A stretch of 60,467 bases of DNA, the filler included, from Catajapyx aquilonaris (taxonomy: Eukaryota), in the NCBI GenBank assembly GCA_000934665.2. It is 4 parts of 4 records of this genome, joined end to end, with 100 filler letters (N's around TTAATTAATTAA, not from the genome) between each part and the next. Parts side by side here need not be neighbours in the genome. Positions count along the whole stretch, not along the records: positions 45,446 to 60,467 come from JYFJ02007635.1; 3 more parts are not named here. One strand, 5' to 3'. Shown in pieces: positions 59,774 through 60,467 of this stretch (within the stretch, counting starts at the first letter, position 1; each line of letters begins with the position of its first letter). Both the position numbers and the translations under genes were made by a program. Under the pieces are notes generated by a model, which was given only the letters and a program-made list of their open reading frames with translations, was not told the origin of the DNA and did no database searches.

Positions 59774-60440
59774 CAGGGGCGGATTAGCCTTCTTTGCCGC
59801 CCTAGGCCAGTCCTAAAATTGCCGCCCCCCCAAACATCAGGGCAGGCGGGGGGGGGGGGGGGGGGGNCCCTTTGAAGACAGTTGGTCCTCGTCATCGCAC
59901 CCCCTATACCATGCCAGGGGCGATAGATGACGTTCAAAGATAGACGTAGGCTACACCTTGCTCACAGCCATTGCCAAAATCGCGTATTTAATTAAAATGA
60001 GAGTTAATTTAAATGAAATATCCTTCAATGAAAGAGTAGAACAAGTCGGAAATGGCGGGGAGGAAGCCCGCCGCTGGCGAATTTTTTTTTCGTTCAAGGT
60101 GCTTAGGTGAATGTAACTGACTGGAAGATTTGAATAGGTGTGTCGGGGTGTGTATTTGACGAAATTGGTACCGTAGCACTTTTTTCATGGAAGTGGAATT
60201 ACAGAGTAACATTGGGTTGTACGAAATTATGGTATTTTTTGTGTACCATTATGGTTCATTTGGCACGCCCTACTCGTACCCTTAGGGGAGCCACCTCGCA
60301 TCTGAAACTTTGCCACATCGGGGCCCCCTAGAAAGTAATTTCAGATTTCGCCCCCCTCCCTCCCCAAACTGAATGAGCCCGCCGCAGGCGGAATTTTGTT
60401 GTTGTTCAAGGTCACACAATCTTAGGTGAATGTAGGCTAA
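59774..60440. mobile_element. Left part of a hAT-like non-autonomous element
   Basis: Begins CAGGGGCGGATTAG...TTTGCCGCCCTAGGC; imperfect direct repeat AGCCCGCCGC(T/A)GGCG...TTCAAGGT...CTTAGGTGAATGTA at ~60065 and ~60376; no right end in the window. Confidence 0.4.
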
Positions 60441-60467
60441 TAACTGAAAAAGTACAGTGGAATCCTC

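Noticed and set aside
60453..60467. TA|CAGTGGAATCCTC pogo-like terminus
   Set aside because: Only 15 nt before the window ends.

Overview
Eukaryotic genomic DNA, by gene and repeat content an arthropod (probably a hexapod); nothing prokaryotic, and no CRISPR, rRNA or true tRNA. The window is four similarly sized pieces (1-14981, 15082-30275, 30376-45345, 45446-60467) joined by an identical artificial spacer (N44-TTAATTAATTAA-N44), so adjacency across spacers cannot be assumed. Piece 1 is a dense sensory-gene neighbourhood: intronless divergent ionotropic receptors (one fragment, two full length, + strand) converging on a minus-strand trio of CD36/SNMP-like receptor, secreted CAP/antigen-5 protein and pickpocket (DEG/ENaC) channel. 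Piece 2 is a CTD small phosphatase (CTDSP/SCP) gene whose 10 kb first intron holds two candidate alternative first exons, one starting with a lipidation-type MGNLC, plus a SINE, a Helitron and MITEs. Piece 3 has two tandem CYP2-clan P450s (the second with an inserted in-frame TAA), CFDP1/Yeti and a lipase cut by the spacer. Piece 4 has two Ig exons of a fasciclin-3-like gene in transposon-rich introns. All gene models were spliced by eye. Best leads for new biology: the tightly packed CD36-CAP-ppk-IR module and the N-terminal isoform switch of the phosphatase; both are hypotheses.
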